A stretch of 64,000 nt of DNA from Blepharisma stoltei ATCC 30299. Taxonomy: Eukaryota > Protista > Ciliophora. The DNA lies in the NCBI GenBank assembly GCA_965603825.1, contig CBFDEM010000020.1:248001-312000 (forward strand), read 5' to 3'. The notes below the pieces were generated by a model, which searched no databases, was not told the DNA's origin, and saw only the letters and a list, made by a program, of their open reading frames with translations. Of the stretch, positions 61,907-64,000 are shown in pieces; the stretch's first letter is position 1; each line of letters starts with the position of its first letter. The position numbers were made by a program, and so were the translations under genes.

Positions 61907-63515
61907 ATGAAGTTGCTGGATCTTTGGATATCTATTGCTTTGGCTTCTGTCACGATTGATCTTTATTGAGGGTCATTGAGATATAATAATAAACTAGATG
62001 AATGAAAAAGCAACTCACAGCTCTCCAATTTAAAAAAATCTTTTGATCAATCTAATTCAAATTTTCAAAGTGTAACCAATAATTTAGGAATTTTATTACA
62101 CAGAACTGTCCTTAGGAACACCACTACAAGAATTTACTTTTCTAATTAATATAAACACAGAATGGACTTGGGTTGAAGATTTTGAATCTAAAAATTACCT
62201 CGGTAAGCATCAATTCAACTCAAAGCTATCCTCAAGTTTTTCAAATTCAACTGATAGGAAAGTTCTGAAAAGTCTCGAGGGAGAAATCAGTGGGTATAAA
62301 TGCACTGAAAATTTAGCAATAAACAATTTTCTTATTCAGAATCAATCATTTATTTTAGTTGACTATCATTCTGGCATAAAAGGGATCTCAAAAGACGGAG
62401 TTTTTGGGTTAGGGGTTGATTCATCAAGCGAAGAGGGCTCTTATATACATGCATTACAAAAGCAAGGGAAAATTTCACGGAAGCAGTTTTCCTTATATAT
62501 TGCATCCTCAGAATGAAATTTGCCAAGCTCAAATCTGATAATTGATGGAGATAATCTTTTTAAATACTCATCAGAAAGTGCTTTTACATATATTAGCCTC
62601 ACAAATTCAAGCAGATTTTGAGAAGTTCCGTGCGATTCTGTGACATTTGGAGGTGCAGTTTATTTAGAAGCTAATAGAACAATTTTTGAAACAGTATCTA
62701 GCATGATTGCTGGACCAGAGACTGCTATTTCTGATATTTTAAAAACTTTATCAACAGAATATGGATGTGAAACAGACAGCTTCGAAAATTATAAATGCGG
62801 CTGTGAAGATAAATATCCCGATATGACTTTTTATTTTGAAGGTCATGGTTTTACTATTAAATACACCGACTATTTGAAGGAAATTGATGGAGTTTGCTAC
62901 CCGATATTCAAGCATAGCAGTGATGCTCAATATTGGAGTTTAGGAACGAATTTTATGAAGAGATTTTATATCAGCTTTGATCTGGATAAAAAGCAGGTTG
63001 GATTGGCAAAAGCTAGACTTCTTAAAGCTTCTGCTAAAGTAAATGCTCCTCCTATCTCTAAAAGTTCTGCAAGTGATCAGCAAGAAGCAAACATCACTGC
63101 AGCTAATACGAACCAAGTATCTGCTGCTGCAAACTCTACAACAAATTCTGGATCTTCGAACTCAAGTGACTTATCAGCAGGTGAGATAGCTTTAATAGTT
63201 GTTTTGCCTTCAGGAGTTCTTATCATTCTATTCTTTATTATCAAGTTTTTATTGTGGAGAAGGAGTCTGAGGGATCAAGAAGAGGAAGCTAAAATTGAGA
63301 AGCCTGCTATTAATAAAAGTGAGGAGCCTGCTAGCATAAAAGAAGAAAAAGAGGTCTTTGCTTCAGAATCTAATGAATTTGAGACTTCTCATCTTAGTTT
63401 TGATATTGGGAAAGAATTCTCAAAAGAAAGTGAGATCTATGAAAAAGAAAATATCCATAGATTTGCCATAATTAAGACTGATCATGACCAAGAGGAAAGC
63501 TCTGACAATGAGTAA
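61907..63515 (+). CDS. Membrane-anchored pepsin-like pseudo-protease (E); both catalytic motifs lost
   Basis: 16-nt intron GTAACCAATAATTTAG (62072-62087) explains the +1 frame change. Sites read LININ and IFETVSS; TM helix and acidic tail; ORF intact. Confidence 0.85.
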
Positions 63516-63894
63516 ATTAATAATTTATGACAAAAGCTATATATAACTTCTCGAGTATAATGCTTTTATTTTAATCTAATTGGGTCATCTTATTAAAATA
63601 AATTATTGCTAAAATATTCTTAAAATTTCAATAGATTATGAATAGAAATTGATGCCTTTAATATTTTTTACCTTATAATTATATAAAAGCATAAGAAGAT
63701 GTGGACTAATTAAACTCACAAGACAGTCAATCTCCTAATTTTCATTGAAAGATAAGTTAAATATGAAATACTCTCTGATTATTAACCAAGTAATGTTATG
63801 GCTACAATATGCCTGATTTTAGTGTCAAATCTGGCAACATAATCAACCCAAATCAACTTGTGATTTTAGATTTTATAGAATATGAAAATAAATT

Positions 63895-64000
63895 ATGGAA
63901 TCGATTTCATCAAGCAGTAAAACAAGGGCAATGCTGAATTCTCAAACACAAGCTGGCTTTGAGCAAAATACAATCAGAATAGGGCCTCCCGGATCTCTCA
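63895..64000 (+). CDS. Possible start of the next gene, truncated by window edge
   Basis: ATG at 63895 opens MESISSSSKTRAMLNSQ...; GC content rises. Confidence 0.4.
   Translation, partial: MESISSSSKTRAMLNSQTQAGFEQNTIRIGPPGSL

Noticed and set aside
1-64000. Mass pseudogenisation suggested by fragmented ORFs
   Set aside because: Breaks are in-frame TGAs at Trp positions or 15/16-nt introns; the frames are otherwise intact.
1-64000. Mycoplasma or mitochondrial origin (code 4), Stentor, or a UAR=Gln ciliate
   Set aside because: The genes are nuclear eukaryotic with spliceosomal introns. Stentor uses the standard code, and TAA/TAG act as stops here.
1-64000. tRNA/rRNA genes, telomeric repeats, transposase or RT ORFs
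   Set aside because: None recognised by eye; tRNAscan, Rfam and repeat searches were not run.
1-64000. Window being germline (micronuclear) DNA
   Set aside because: Multi-kb genes such as Piezo lack IES-type interruptions; only one or two candidates were seen.

Overview
Gene-dense, AT-rich eukaryotic DNA from a heterotrich ciliate, most likely Blepharisma macronuclear sequence (inferred). TGA encodes Trp and only TAA/TAG stop, so the supplied standard-code ORF track fragments most genes. I found 12 spliceosomal introns, all 15-16 nt (GTA...A(-6)...AG). About 30 genes can be reconstructed: a UBE2H-type E2, three tandem ~1050-aa mitochondrial-type helical/RAP-like genes interleaved with decayed Upf1/senataxin-like helicase relics, PP4c, EF-hand proteins, two cyclins, a START protein, profilin, an Unkempt-like CCCH protein, Rab1, two RING/Zn-repeat paralogs, an eIF2alpha-kinase-like probable pseudokinase, a full-length Piezo, DUF229, GAS2-domain and LNR-repeat proteins, and five membrane-anchored pepsin-like genes (two intact, two catalytically degenerate, one pseudogene). 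The most notable observations are: a 151-bp AT-rich insert bounded by a CTAG direct repeat whose removal restores a protease transmembrane anchor (IES-like); the RAP/helicase-relic array with mosaic copies; the pseudo-protease family; and two divergent ATGs only 17 bp apart. All calls come from manual reading; no searches were run.
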